Shown: one piece after another, positions 44,831-56,445 of the stretch
Layout: each line of letters begins with the position of its first letter
How positions within the stretch are numbered: position 1 is the stretch's first letter
Assembly: GCF_000388065.1 (NCBI RefSeq)
Contig: NW_009242980.1
Coordinates: forward strand, 1,487 to 58,135
Reading direction: 5' to 3'
DNA length: 56,649 nucleotides
From: Fonticula alba
Lineage: Eukaryota
Notes under the pieces: model-generated
The model's input: the letters and a program-made list of their open reading frames with translations, nothing else
What the model was told of the DNA's origin: nothing
Databases searched by the model: none
Program-made: the position numbers and the translations under genes

Positions 44831-45690
44831 ACGGGAGGCGCGCCCGCGGGAGGCGTTTCCCCACTGACACCCGCACGGTATCTCGGCGGGGCCGTGCGGG
44901 CGGGGCTGCCCCGCAGACGGCGCCGGCCTCTGGGCCCACGCAGATCCACGATATGAGCACAGGCACCAGCAGCGGCCTGTGGGAACCACCCGGGCACAGG
45001 CCAGCTCCGGGCATGTGGGGCGGCCGCGCCTCGCAGGCAGCGCCCCCCGACCGAGCCGCCAGCATGCCGCTCGCGCGCCCTCGTCCCGCGGATATCCCGG
45101 CAGCAGGCTCTCCGCCTTCGGCCGTTTTCTCGACGGTCGCCGCTGCGACACCTCCACGCGGTCCACCGGGGAGGGGGGGGGGTGGGTCCCGGGTCGCGGG
45201 GATCCGCCCACGAGGACCGATCAGAGTCCTCCCCTAACGGGAGCATGGCCAGTCACCGCCGTCGCGGCTTGCGCAGCGCCCCCTTGGCCCCGGCATTGGG
45301 GCCTGCCCGGCACCGCGGCACTTTTGCGCCCCTTCCCCAGGGGCCGCGCGATCCGCTGGCTCGGCCGCGCCCCGGTGTCGCATGGGCCGGGACCGGATCT
45401 GGATGCGGCCCGAGCTGCCGACCGAGCCGGCTGGCCGTGAGCGGGCGACCCGGGCACCGGGCAAAGGGGCACCGTGCGGTGGGCCCGCCGTGCGGCCATG
45501 TCGGCCGGCCAGGCGGGGCCGGGGGGCGTGCCCACCGATGTGCCTGAATTTGTGAGGCAGGCAGGGGATGCCCGACGTCGGTGCGGTGCATGCGCGCCAA
45601 ACCCGTGGCTCCTGCGCCGTGGATGCCGCCACGCGTTCCGTGCGGCAGCAGCACATTTATTCCAATTGTCCCAGGGTGCACCCATCGTCT

Positions 45691-45769
45691 GGTTGGATGG
45701 CCGAGTGGTTAAGGCGCTAGTTTCAGGTACTAGTGGGAAACCTCGTGGGTTCGAGTCCCACTCCAATCA
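45691..45769 (+). tRNA. tRNA-Leu (anticodon CAG), copy 1
   Basis: GGTTGGATGGCCGAGTGGTTAAGGCGCTAGTTTCAGGTACTAGTGGGAAACCTCGTGGGTTCGAGTCCCACTCCAATCA. It has the long variable arm and a Leu-type D-arm. A TTATTTTTT run follows downstream. Confidence 0.85.
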
Positions 45770-46798
45770 AAACATTATTTTTTGGCCCCAGGGCGCACGG
45801 ACCGCAGCCCGGGGTCGGGCCAGGGAGATGGATCCACGACTCGAGCCTGGGGGGGAGGGGGGGCGCATGTCCCGCCAGCGGGTCCCGGCGCCGCCCCCCC
45901 GAGCGGCCGATAAATCCCCCTTGGTCGGAGTGCCCCGACGGCTGGTTGGGCCACCCCGCCTGTCCGCCGGGTGCTGCGTCTCACGCTCGCGCCCGCCGTC
46001 GCGGGGAAACCCTGGCGCGCTCGCGAACCCTTAACCGACTCCGCGGTCTATGGAATCCCCTGGGAGTCTTCCGAATGTCATTTCAGGGGAGATAGTTCAG
46101 AGTCGTTAACCGATTCCCTGGGTCCAACACCTGGCCAAGCCCCGTCAGTCTTGTTGCTTCCCTCCGGGGGGGAGGCGGCTTGTGGCGAGGTGCGTCTCTT
46201 GAGTCCCCCCCTCCCCCGGAACACGCCGCCGGGCATCTCGCCTCGCCCCGGTGCAGGAGGCGACGGTGTCCGGTGGCCGTCCGCCAGCATGCCGCCGGAT
46301 GCGCCAGCAGGCCCCCGCACAGCCGGGATGATGTTCCCCCCTTCGGCGTGGCAGGGCCCCGACACGCCTCGCCCCCCCCCCCTGTTATGGGGTATTTCGC
46401 CTTGTCCCGGTCCGATGACGCGGCGTCCAGCTCCATCGGCGTCCGGCCTGCAGGCAGCATCGGGATGCCCTTCGGTCCTCGCGTGTGCCCGCCCCGGTCG
46501 CCGGGCTTGTGTCGCTGTGCCCCCCCCGCCATGAGGCGGTCCGCCCTGCCACCGCCCACGCGTCCACATGCATGACCCAGCCTGGCCCCCTCTCCGGGCA
46601 CGGCTCCAGGGCGCCCCGTTGCCGGGCGTCTGCCTTGTTTTCACAAGCACGGCGGGGCCGCAATTGATCGGACGCGCGCCCGACGGATCGGAGAAACGCG
46701 ACCAAAAGCGACGGAGAGCCCCATAACCATAACCCTTCTTCGCCGGCAGCGCCGCCTGGCGCACGCGAAAGAGACGCCACGTCCGGCGCCAAAAAGGA

Positions 46799-46870
46799 AG
46801 GTCGAGCCGAGAATCGAACTCGGATTGACAGATTCAGAGTCTGCCGTGATAACCATTACACCACTCAACC
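46799..46870 (-). tRNA. tRNA-Gln (anticodon CTG), copy 2
   Basis: Exact reverse complement of the 25315 copy. A TTTTT run follows downstream on the minus strand. Confidence 0.9.
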
Positions 46871-48417
46871 GGCGATGGTAAACCAGCGCCCGCCCAGTCT
46901 ATTTATACTATCCAGCATTGGGCTGCCAACGGAGAACCCCCAACGGTATATGTGCCACCTCCAAACACCGGCCATGCGAGCGCAATGGTCTTGTTGGGTC
47001 GGTGGCGTGGGATCCTTCTCCGCCCTGGTGTAACCTCGATCCCCGGCACCAACTTCTTCTGCTGCTACTATTGCTCCTTCCCGTGGCCCCCGGGAGGAGA
47101 GGCGGGCGGCGCCCGGTGGGGGGATTCTCTCCCTCCCCGTGCCGAGGCCAGGTCCCCCTCCCTCTCTCGACCACAACCCGTGTGTACGTGTGCCTCTCGG
47201 GCTCTCTCTCCGCGCACACACGGGGAACGCCCCCCCTTGTCTCGTGAGAGGGGGGGAGGGGGAGGATGGGTGCGGTCAGCCGAGAGAGAGAGCGTCTCCT
47301 CCCGGTGCCGCGCCGTCGTCCTCCCACATCAACAACCCCCCCCTCCCGGGGGCGGGGCCCGCCACAGAAAGGGCCCGCGTGTGCTCGCGTCTTCCGGCTC
47401 GCGCCGTCCGCGGGAGAGTGCAAGACGGCGACACGCCCGAGCCCGGCCCTTCGCCCCGGGTGTGCCAGCCCGACCCCCGGCGGGGGATCCCGCGCTTAAA
47501 TTCCCATCTTATCTGCGGCGGTCCCTGGGCTGGCACAGCCCCCAACACACCGCAACCGCTCCCCGCCCTCTCCCCCTCTTTTTGGTGGCCCGTGAAGAGG
47601 AGCCACAGGGCGGCGGTCCGGCGGCACCTCCGGCTGCGCCCCCGAAGGCAAGGTACATATATGACCTCCGGGATTTGATCCCCCGAGCGCAATGGTCTAG
47701 TTGGGTTCGGCGTGCTGGGATTCTTCTTATTGGTTCTAGTTTCAATTCCGGCCGCCTCCTCTTCTTATTATCGATACATAGCTGCCTCATGGCCTCTGGG
47801 GCCTCGCCCGTGGTGTGTGCCGGATATCGGCACGCTTCCCACCCGGGCAGGTTCCCTGGCCCGAGACACACCCGTTCTCCCGGGCGGGAGATGTAATCCC
47901 ACCTGGGGAACACTCCGCTGAACAGACATCTGTTGAGTGACTTCTTACCCCTGGGGGTTGGGCCCCATTCCGGAGAGGCCCGCAGGCACAAATGTGCCCG
48001 CGGGCTGGCCCCTCCCCCAACCCGTGCCCGCCCATCATGCGATCCCGCAAATCCTGAAATATTCCATCTTCTTATGTGCGGGGTCGCGGGCGGGCACAAA
48101 CCCCAACAGACTGCAATCGCTCCCTCTCTCTTTTTTCCCCGGCCGCCCGAGAGGCACACGGGGGCGCAGCCCCCGCCGCCCCCGCCACCACATCGCGTGC
48201 AGCTCGCCCCCTCAGATCCGGCTGTATATATGAGCCCCCCACCCTCCCGGTGTATATTGCCGGGCCTTCCGCCCCGGTCTGCGGATTCCTCTCCCTGTGA
48301 TAGCACACACCCAATCCACCTTTTTTCTTTTCCTCCCGGCCACAAGGTCTCCGGGATCGCCCCCCCCCCCCCGCGTCTTTCACCTCGGCATAGCCGGCTC
48401 ATCGTCCGCAGACTGCT

Positions 48418-50781
48418 TTGACCCCTTCCCCTCCCCCCCCCCCCCCCACCGCTACCATGGATGTCAACCAGGATCTGGCCTTACAAACCCAGCATCCCCC
48501 CCCTCAGCCCCCCCTATTTTATCGTCCCCCTCCTCCCCCAACCGCCCCTCCTCAACAAAACCCACACAATCCACACTACAGCCCCCTGGCGGGATACCCA
48601 CAGCCAGCCCCAGCCCCCCGCCCCACCCACCACTGGCCCTCGCCCGGCTTCCAAGGAAGCACCATCGTAAACACCGCCCCAGCCCAGGCATGGTCTCATC
48701 GCTGGTTCAGCCACACCTCTCAATTCAAAGCCAACTCCCTCCCCCACTGGATCACCGGTGACCAGGCCTGGGGCGCATGCTTCGACCCGCTCTCCGACGA
48801 TCTGGAGACCATTCTCAGCATCGGCTTCGCCCCCCACGACTCCTCGGTCAAGCCCGAGCTCCACTTCGCCTCTCCGCCCACGAGCACCTCCAACATCACC
48901 TTCCATTTCCGCGTCAGACATGCCCTATCCCTCTTCCTCAATTCCCAGATCTCGGCGCCCAACTTCCTGGAACTCATCTTCCACTCGGATCTCGACCCGC
49001 ACTTTCCCCCGGACGGCATTCCCGCGCTCCTTCGCAGGTACCTGCTCATAACGGTCGATTTCACCCAGGCCATCAATCACCTGTTCCACAGGCTCCCGCA
49101 CCGCCCGACGGTTCTCCTCAAGGCCCGAGACGTCGCCACTGCGCTCATGAAATTGGGCTACAGCCCCGACCCACACGTCTTCTGGGCCTTCTTCCGTACT
49201 CTGGTCCCCCCGACAGACACGGCCACCTTCGACAGCGCCATCCGCAGCGTCTACTTCTCCATCTTCATGAGAAGCCAATCTCCCCTCCGCCTGGACTTCA
49301 AGGCAATCACCCCTCCCCACCAATCAGTCTCCTTCAACACCACGCCCGGCTCATCTTCATCCTTCGCCCCTCTTCTTGGCAGCACCGCCTTCTCCCCCTT
49401 CGACTCCTCCCATCGACGGCCTCGCCAACCCCGGCGCAAAAACACCCACGCCCCCCCGCAAAGCAAAGCCCATGCCCACCACAACCCCAACCCCGTGTCA
49501 CACCCACCCACCATCAGCTCCACATCCCGCCCCCCCATGGACACGCTCGCCTCTCCGGTCCACTCGCCCCCTGCACGGCCCTTTTTCAACAGGTCATTTG
49601 TTTCGCTCGAGACCTCCTTCGACAAGGGGGTATTCTTCAGACTTGGCACGGCGGCCGCCACCTCCATCATGCCAAGTTGGATGGTCACGAAGTTCAACAT
49701 GCCCACCAAGCCCTCCCCCCTTCATCTTGCCCTGCCCGATGGCTCGCGAGCCTTCTCATCCCGCACAGTGGTCTTCTCCATCATCCACAACAATCGCTCC
49801 ATCCCGGTGGAGGCGCCGGTGGTCGACGTCTCATTCACATACATCCTCCTGGGCAATGACGTCGTGCACCTGCTGCTCCCCCAACTCGAGCAAGCATTCG
49901 GTGACCTCGACAACTCCGAGCAATTCCCCGACATCCCACTTGCCACTCCCTCCCCTCGGGATCTCCTGCCCCTGGACCGCACCCACTCGTTCGAGCGCCA
50001 CGCTGGCCCGACCTCCATCAAAAGCTCGGCCCCCCATGCATCCTGGCTGAGCGAATTGCAAGCCTTCGAAGATCGCCCCGACTTCCCCCTCATGAGGGGC
50101 CACCAGCCATTCAAACTCAACCTCATCAAGCAAGTCCAAATCCCGCGCAAAAAAAACCCCACCAGGTCAGCCGAAGCCGTCCGAATCATTGACGGCCAAA
50201 TTGCGACCCTCCTCCAGCAGGGGGTCATCGTGCAGGTGGAATTCTCGGCCCATGCCGCGGATTCCCTCATGGTAGCCCGGCCGGCCGGCGGACACCGAGT
50301 GGTCTTCGATTACTCCTTCCTGAACAAATTCCTGGAAGCCCCCTCGGGCCAGCTGGGAGTGCCGGGCGATCTCTTCGCGCGAATCTCCCGGGCCCGCTTC
50401 TTCACCACCCTGGACCTGGCCAACGCCCTCAATCACATTGGCATCGACAAAAGCAGCCAGCACATCCTCTCCTTCAGGCACCGAGGCAAATGCTACAACT
50501 TCACGCGTCTCCCCGCTGGCCTTGACAGCGCAGCACACATTTTTTCCAACGCACTCGGCCACGTCATTCAAAAGCACAACGCATACTCGGCCTCCTACGT
50601 TGATGACATCGTCATTTTCTCCAACTCCGAGGAGGAGCACATCACACACGTCCTGTCTGTCCTGCGGACTCTCAACCAAGCCAACGTCAAACTGCGCCCA
50701 TCCAAATGCCAGTTCTTTTCCTCCAGCGTCACCTTCCTCGGCGTCACAATTGGCCACAACCACTTCGAAGTGGCATCCTAG
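48418..50781 (+). pseudogene. gag-protease-RT ORF of the retrotransposon, interrupted by a frameshift after RT motif 5. The RT motifs are FTTLDLANA, LPAGLDSAAHIF and YVDDIVIFS.
   Basis: Canonical RT motifs A, B-prime and C (YVDD). A degenerate aspartic-protease region precedes them (LALPDGS ... ILLGNDVV). The RT continues after the stop in another frame from 50860 (IPKPRSFAGLANFAHRWLSPLSERLIPL, matching the gypsy FLGLANYYRRFI box). Confidence 0.6.
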
Positions 50782-50859
50782 GCCCCCAGCGACATCCGTG
50801 ACTTTTCCCCCCCCCCCCTCCCCCTCCCCGGCATCCCCAAGCCGCGCAGCTTCGCCGGT

Positions 50860-51645
50860 TTGGCCAACTTCGCCCATCGCTGGCTCTCCCCCCTCTCCGA
50901 ACGACTCATCCCACTCACCACACGCACCAGTGACACCCATGGCGACAGCGGCCAAAGCAGCCCCATCGCCAAAGCCACGCCACTCCCAGCTCTTGACCTC
51001 GATCTACTCCTCTCCATCTGCTCGGACGCCCCTCGCACAGGCACCGGAGCGGGGCTCTCTTCCCACTGGCTTCCCCGTGCAGGTGGCCCCGAAACCTCCC
51101 CCAACCCCCCAATGACCACGCCTCCTCCAGACACCCTGCCCCGATTGCCCTCTTCGCGAAAGTCCTCACACAGGCGCAAACCCGCTACCCAGTACATGGA
51201 CGTGGAGCCCTGGCCATTGTTTCGGCTCTCGCACACTGAGGACGCCCACTGCGCGCTGGCAGCTCTATTATCACCTTCACCGACGGCGAATCCATCTCCC
51301 AATGGCGATCCCGCCCTCCTCTCAATGACCACCACCTACGTTGGAAGCTCCCCATCGGCTCCCTCCCGATCCCACACCCTCCCACATCGAAGGCGAAGAT
51401 GGCCCCCCATGACCCTTTCAAATGGCCCGGAAGCTCTTTGCCACACCGCCTCCACGAGAAGATCCCGTCCATACAGCACGCCGGCAATGGATCCCCGACA
51501 AGAGCCTCGGGCTTCTCGCACGCTTGCAAACGTCCTCCCCTCCGAGCATCTCACCAGGAGATCATGCTGCAATAGACCTGACCGAAAGCCCGCTCTCCAA
51601 CAATCGGCCTGCCCCAGGTCCGAGAAACTCCCCCAAGGTCGCTGA
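50860..51645 (+). pseudogene. Frameshifted continuation of the RT (thumb/connection region) that decays into P/S-rich sequence.
   Basis: FAGLANFAHRWLSPLSERLIPLTT matches the conserved post-YVDD segment of Ty3/gypsy RT. No RNase H or integrase motifs follow. Confidence 0.45.
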
Positions 51646-52469
51646 CGTCAAGGGCACTGCCACCCTACTTGAATCTGGCATGCCTGAGCGCCGATCCCGG
51701 CCCCTCTCGGCCTCCCAAGTAGAGCCGGCCCCCAATCCAGCCGACGCACTCCAACTTCCCTCATTCTCCAGTTCCGCCTTCGCCCCTCGTGTTTCACTCC
51801 GCTCAGCCCTTCCCCGGGCGCCCGAGGCACCCCGGTAGCCCCCGCACCACACCACATGGTGTGTGGCTCTCGGATCCGGGCCGATAATTGAGCTCCATCC
51901 TCCCGGTGTACTGCCGGGCCTTCCGCTTCGGTCTGCCAACTCCTTCCTCATAATATACCAAACCCGCCTCTCTCCCTCTCTCTCGGTCATAAGGTCTCCC
52001 AGATCGCCCCTCATCTTTCGCTCCGGCATGACCGGCTCACACACAAAGAGAAAACAATCTGGCCCTCAATCGCCGGCCTGCCGCCCGAGAGCGAGAGAGA
52101 GCGCGAGTCAGGCACACACTGGCTTCGGGTCCTCGCCCCACGCGCCGGTCCGCAGGGGGGCACCGACGCGCCGGGCGTCTGCCGCTGGCGCCCGCATGAA
52201 CCCCCTGGGCCGGCACACCCCGGCCGCCGATGGCCACCGATGGTTTTGGATGCCACGCACACACCAGGGGGGGCTCTCCGAGGTGGCCCGCCGGTGGACC
52301 GCGCGCGCGCCGACGCCGCTGGCTATGCCGCCGCGCTGGTCGCTGCTGGTCACTGCTGGTCGCCGGGCCACTCTCGGCTCTTCGCCCCGTCGCGGTGGGA
52401 GCCCAGCGGGCAGCACGCCCCGAGGCCGAAGGCACAAAACCCGGGATCCACCCTGCGCTCCCATCATCT

Positions 52470-52548
52470 GGTTGGATGGCCGAGTGGTTAAGGCGCTAGT
52501 TTCAGGTACTAGTGGGAAACCTCGTGGGTTCGAGTCCCACTCCAATCA
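52470..52548 (+). tRNA. tRNA-Leu (anticodon CAG), copy 2
   Basis: Identical to the 45691 copy. A TTTTT terminator follows. Confidence 0.85.
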
Positions 52549-52600
52549 TAAAACTTTTTCTTGCACAAAAGGGCCGCAGCCACACGGCCAAAAAGAATCA

Positions 52601-52674
52601 TGTCCGAACCAGGACTCGAACCTGGGACATTCTGTGTGTTAGACAGATATGATAACCATCTACATCATTCGGAC
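52601..52674 (-). tRNA. tRNA-Val (anticodon AAC)
   Basis: The reverse complement reads GTCCGAATGATGTAGATGGTTATCATATCTGTCTAACACACAGAATGTCCCAGGTTCGAGTCCTGGTTCGGACA. The acceptor stem is perfect. A TTTTT run follows downstream. Confidence 0.85.
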
Positions 52675-53148
52675 TTCCAGATCCCCCGGCATCCCGCGTT
52701 TTGTACTCTCCGCCGCCGCCGCCCCTCGCGGGCCGCGCCGGCCCCTGCGCCGACACGCCCCTTTCAGATGACCCCCCCCCCCCCCCCCCGAGCGCCCGAG
52801 CACCGGCCCCGCCGGCGCGACCCCTCTCGCCCGTGGCCCGCCCCCCTGCCTCGGCCTGCTCGCACAGGCGAGGCTCGACACCCGACTGAGCCACGGCTAG
52901 CCCCCCGCCCCCCCCATGGCGTGGACCTAGGCCGCTCTCGCCCAGCCGTTCGGGCCCCGAGGTCCACCGCCCGCCGTAAAAAAACACCACCGCTTCCAGG
53001 CGGCGAGGACGACACCCGCCCCGTGTCCAGGCCCGGCGCCCCCCCGCCGCAGCCCCCCCTTCTCTGCCCCCGTCTCTGCGCGGCACACGGGGAAGAAGAA
53101 AACCACCGCGGCACGCCTGCCGCGCAAAATGTATGGTATGATTGGAGT

Positions 53149-53227
53149 GGGACTCGAACCCACGAGGTTTCCCACTAGTACCTGAAACTAGCGCCTTAAC
53201 CACTCGGCCATCCAACCTGCTGGTCGA
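53149..53227 (-). tRNA. tRNA-Leu (anticodon CAG), copy 3
   Basis: Exact reverse complement of the plus-strand Leu-CAG copies. A TTTT run follows downstream. Confidence 0.85.
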
Positions 53228-53609
53228 CCAAGGGCCCACCCGGGGCTTTTGACCGGAGCGACGTCCGGCCCCGGCACGCGTCCCAGCACCGCACCGACCG
53301 CCACACTGCGCGGGCACCCATGGAAGCCGCGCGCCCGCGTCGCCCAAAGCACCCCCCCCCACCGCCGCATCCCCGCCCTCCTCTCGGCGGCCTCTCTCAC
53401 ACCCGGAGCGACACCCTGCTCCCGGCCGCTTGTCAGGCCCCCCCCCCCCCGCGCTTCGGCGCCGAGGCTGCCTGGAGGCTGGCCGGTTTTTCCCCTGTGG
53501 CGGCGCCTCTCCCCCCGCCCCGGGATCCCCCCCTCTCCTCGGCGGACAGATCTCTCGCGGGCGGGGGCGACGCGCGGGCGCGGCCGCCGGGCGCGCAAAA
53601 AGAACGGTG

Positions 53610-53688
53610 TGATTGGAGTGGGACTCGAACCCACGAGGTTTCCCACTAGTACCTGAAACTAGCGCCTTAACCACTCGGCCATCCAACC
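53610..53688 (-). tRNA. tRNA-Leu (anticodon CAG), copy 4
   Basis: Exact reverse complement of the plus-strand Leu-CAG copies. A TTTTT run follows downstream. Confidence 0.85.
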
Positions 53689-53962
53689 AGATGATGTCCC
53701 TCCACCCACCAGATGCCTTCATGAGGCCCGGTGCTTTTGCCGCGCGCAGAGAAAGAAGCCCCGCCGCCATGCACCACCAAAGCGAAGCCCGGCTCCCGGG
53801 GGGAAAGACACACGCCGGCGGGACGGTTGCCCCGGGCGCGCAGGAAAAAAAAGACCGCCCGCACATGCCCACCTCTCTCGCGCCACGGAGGAGCAGCCCC
53901 GAGCACACGCCGCAAGAAGCAGAGGGCCGCGTGGAGGAGGGACCGAGCAAAAGGAAAGGAAT

Positions 53963-54035
53963 AGCCCACTGTGGGGCTCGAACCCACGACCCTGGGATTA
54001 AGAGTCCCATGCTCTACCAACTGAGCTAAACAGGC
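53963..54035 (-). tRNA. tRNA-Lys (anticodon CTT)
   Basis: The reverse complement reads GCCTGTTTAGCTCAGTTGGTAGAGCATGGGACTCTTAATCCCAGGGTCGTGGGTTCGAGCCCCACAGTGGGCT. It is close to canonical tRNA-Lys-CTT, and the G-U pairs in the acceptor stem resemble the canonical form. A TTTT run follows downstream. Confidence 0.8.
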
Positions 54036-54819
54036 TATGCCCTATGCATCAAGGGGGAGCCATATCAAGGACCCCGTTTCAGCCACACCGGGCCCGCGGC
54101 CCATGATCCTCCACGCCCCACGAGGGCCCGCGCCCGGAAGATGCCCGAGCGGGCGCCCCCCCCCCACCGGAGGGCCGCCAGGGGCCGAAAGAAGGAAAAA
54201 AAAAACCACGGCACAGCACCAAAACACAGAGGGCCGGCTGGCCCGCGTCTGACCAACGGCCCGCGGTGCCGACGCCGAGACAGTCCAACATGACCCCCCT
54301 TCATTGGCCCGGGTCGCCGGGGAAAGCCGACACCCCGGCGGCCCGGCCGGGAGGAGCCCCGGGCCATGCCCAAGGAAACGCGGGAACATCCCCTCGCCCG
54401 GGTGGTGGCGATCGTGCGTCGCCCCCCCGGGAAGCACGCCCGAGCAGGGCGGCAGGGGCCTGGCTCGCGCCATGCGGGCGCAGAGGAGGCTGGCCGCAGC
54501 CCCGGGCTGTTCACGGTGGAGGGCAAGAGAATACAGCGGTCGGAAAAATGCGGGGTGGCGCGAAGGCCGGGGGCAGGCGGACGGCACACGCCTCTCCAGC
54601 GGCGCCCCGAGGAGAGAGCCATGCCCGAAAAGGCCCGGCCAATATATGTGCGGCCCGGCCAATATATGTGCGGCCCGGCCATGAAACGCTCCGGTTCTGG
54701 TATGTGATTCTGGGGGACCGGTGAGGGCCTTCCCTGAACCACCCAGAGCGTTCCGTCCCGAGAGGGTCACCACTCGGACATGAATACAACAACAAAAGAA
54801 GGGAAAGCTGGTGATCTGC

Positions 54820-55280
54820 GTCTTTATGGGGATTACATCAGGGACTAGGTCACACCGCTCCAGAGGGAACGACGTACGGAGACAGGACTATAGGAAATCA
54901 AACCTCCGTAAGAGAGAATGACTATCCTTCAAGGTGCTGAGTCCTTGGAGGGGAGGCAGGAACGGGGGCCCCTTATATAGGGTGCCCAGAAAAGGGGGAA
55001 TACATGGGAATACATGGGAATTGAGAGAGAATGGGTGGCGTCGCCCGAACGACGACGCCAGCACCCCCCAACGGGGAAGTGCAGGTCGACTAGTGGACCT
55101 CGTTGCTATAAGATCACGTGAAGGTCATGACCAGATCTAGCAGGGATGTGGCAGCAGGGGGAAAACAGAGCAGGGCGAGGTGAGGCAGGCGCGGAGGAGG
55201 TGAGCGGAGCGAAGTTCCGACGCAATGTCGGAGGTGACATTATGGTTACAGGCCAATATATGTGCGGCCCGGCCCTAGGA
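54820..55280 (+). repeat. Copy B of the same tRNA-upstream element. It ends ~10 bp before tRNA-Leu(TAA) with the motif GGCCAATATATGTGCGGCCCGGCC.
   Basis: See copy A. The GGCCAATATATGTGCGGCCCGGCC motif also occurs twice in tandem at 54646-54689. Confidence 0.5.
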
Positions 55281-55286
55281 CATCGA

Positions 55287-55365
55287 GGTTGGATGGCCGA
55301 GTGGTTAAGGCGCCAGTTTAAGGCACTGGTGGGAAACCGCGTGGGTTCGAGTCCCACTCCAATCA
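55287..55365 (+). tRNA. tRNA-Leu (anticodon TAA)
   Basis: Same scaffold as the Leu-CAG genes, but with anticodon stem-loop CCAGTTTAAGGCACTGG and variable arm GGGAAACCGCG. A TTTTT terminator follows. Confidence 0.85.
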
Positions 55366-56445
55366 TAACATTCCTTTTTGCCCCTCGGCACCAGCGCCCC
55401 CTTCCCCCCCCCGCACGGAATAACCACACCAGGACACGGCGCTGCCACGGAGGAGGGCGCGTCGTCAAATGCCGGGCCTCCTTTATTGGTCATTTTAAAT
55501 AATCCCCCATCATTGTGTGCCTGGAGTTGCTGCGATACATCCTCCCCCGGTGGGTCTGACGCGCGCGCGCGTGCATGCGTGCGTGTGTGTGTGGCATCCC
55601 CGGCGTGTGTGCCGCCCCAAGAGAGAAAAACACACCCAAAAAAAGTGGCATCCACCCGGCCACCATCCCCCCCTCCGGACGCAGCGCGCCAAGCATATGG
55701 ACATGCACACACATCGGGGGGGGGGACGCGCGCATGCCACACACGAGAGAGAGAGAGAGAAAAGGGCCCACGACGGGAGGCAGCGTTCAATTTTTACAGT
55801 GGAGAGGAAGAAAATGGGGAAATGTACGAGTCGATATTGAGAGACCTAGACATCTTTACACATCTAGCCTCCCACCCATCAACCCAAAGAGGTGCTCTAG
55901 CTTCGCTAAAAATATGATTCCCCGTGAAAAGAGGGGGTCTCAGGAGTGTGCGAAGCTGTTATCCTTGGAAAAAAGCCCAGGATGCCCCCGGGTGCCCCGG
56001 CCCGGCACGCCCATAGCCCCCCGGGCAAGTCCCGGCCCCGCGCCATGCAGACCGGCGCCCTCGGGAAAATGTCATTCCCACACAGAACCCCTGCCGCACA
56101 ACGAGACACACCAGCAGGAGGGTACTATTCCCGAAGGGCGCCAGGCGCCCTTCAGGCCAGAACACGGCCCAGGGCGCAGGGGGGGGGGGGGGCGAGAGGC
56201 AAGCGGAGGGCGCCCGGCCGCGGCCCTCAGCGCTGGCGGCCGTCGCGCTCGCGGCTACGGCTGCGTCCCCGGCGGCGATCATCGTGGCGGTCGCGCCCGG
56301 GCGCCTGGTGCCGCTGGCTCCGGCTGTGGCGCTCAGCGCCACGGTCTTCGTCCCGATGGCCGCCCCGGGCATGGCTGTCCTGATCCCGGCGACCGGCTCG
56401 GTGGTCGTCCTGACGGGCATCCGGGTCCCGGCGATGGGAGTCCCG

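Larger units (their letters stand above)
48165..52040 (+). mobile_element. Second degenerate Ty3/gypsy-like LTR retrotransposon copy (LTR, gag, protease, RT with a frameshift, LTR). It is 3-prime truncated, with no RNase H or integrase recognisable.
   Basis: Related ~200-bp LTR blocks at ~48165-48415 and ~51850-52040 (CCGGTGTA.T.CCGGGCCTTCCGC..CGGTCTGC.....AAGGTCTCC..GATCGCCCC..TCTTTC.C..CGGCAT..CCGGCTCA). They also match the internal part of the 40514 5-prime LTR. Confidence 0.6.

Noticed and set aside
45221-45766. Recurrent ORF peptides MEWDSNPRGFPLVPETSALTTRPSNQ and MSGVMVITADSESVNPSSILGSTF appearing at several loci
   Set aside because: These are translations through the repeated tRNA-Leu and tRNA-Gln genes. 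The recurrence reflects tRNA duplication and not a protein family.
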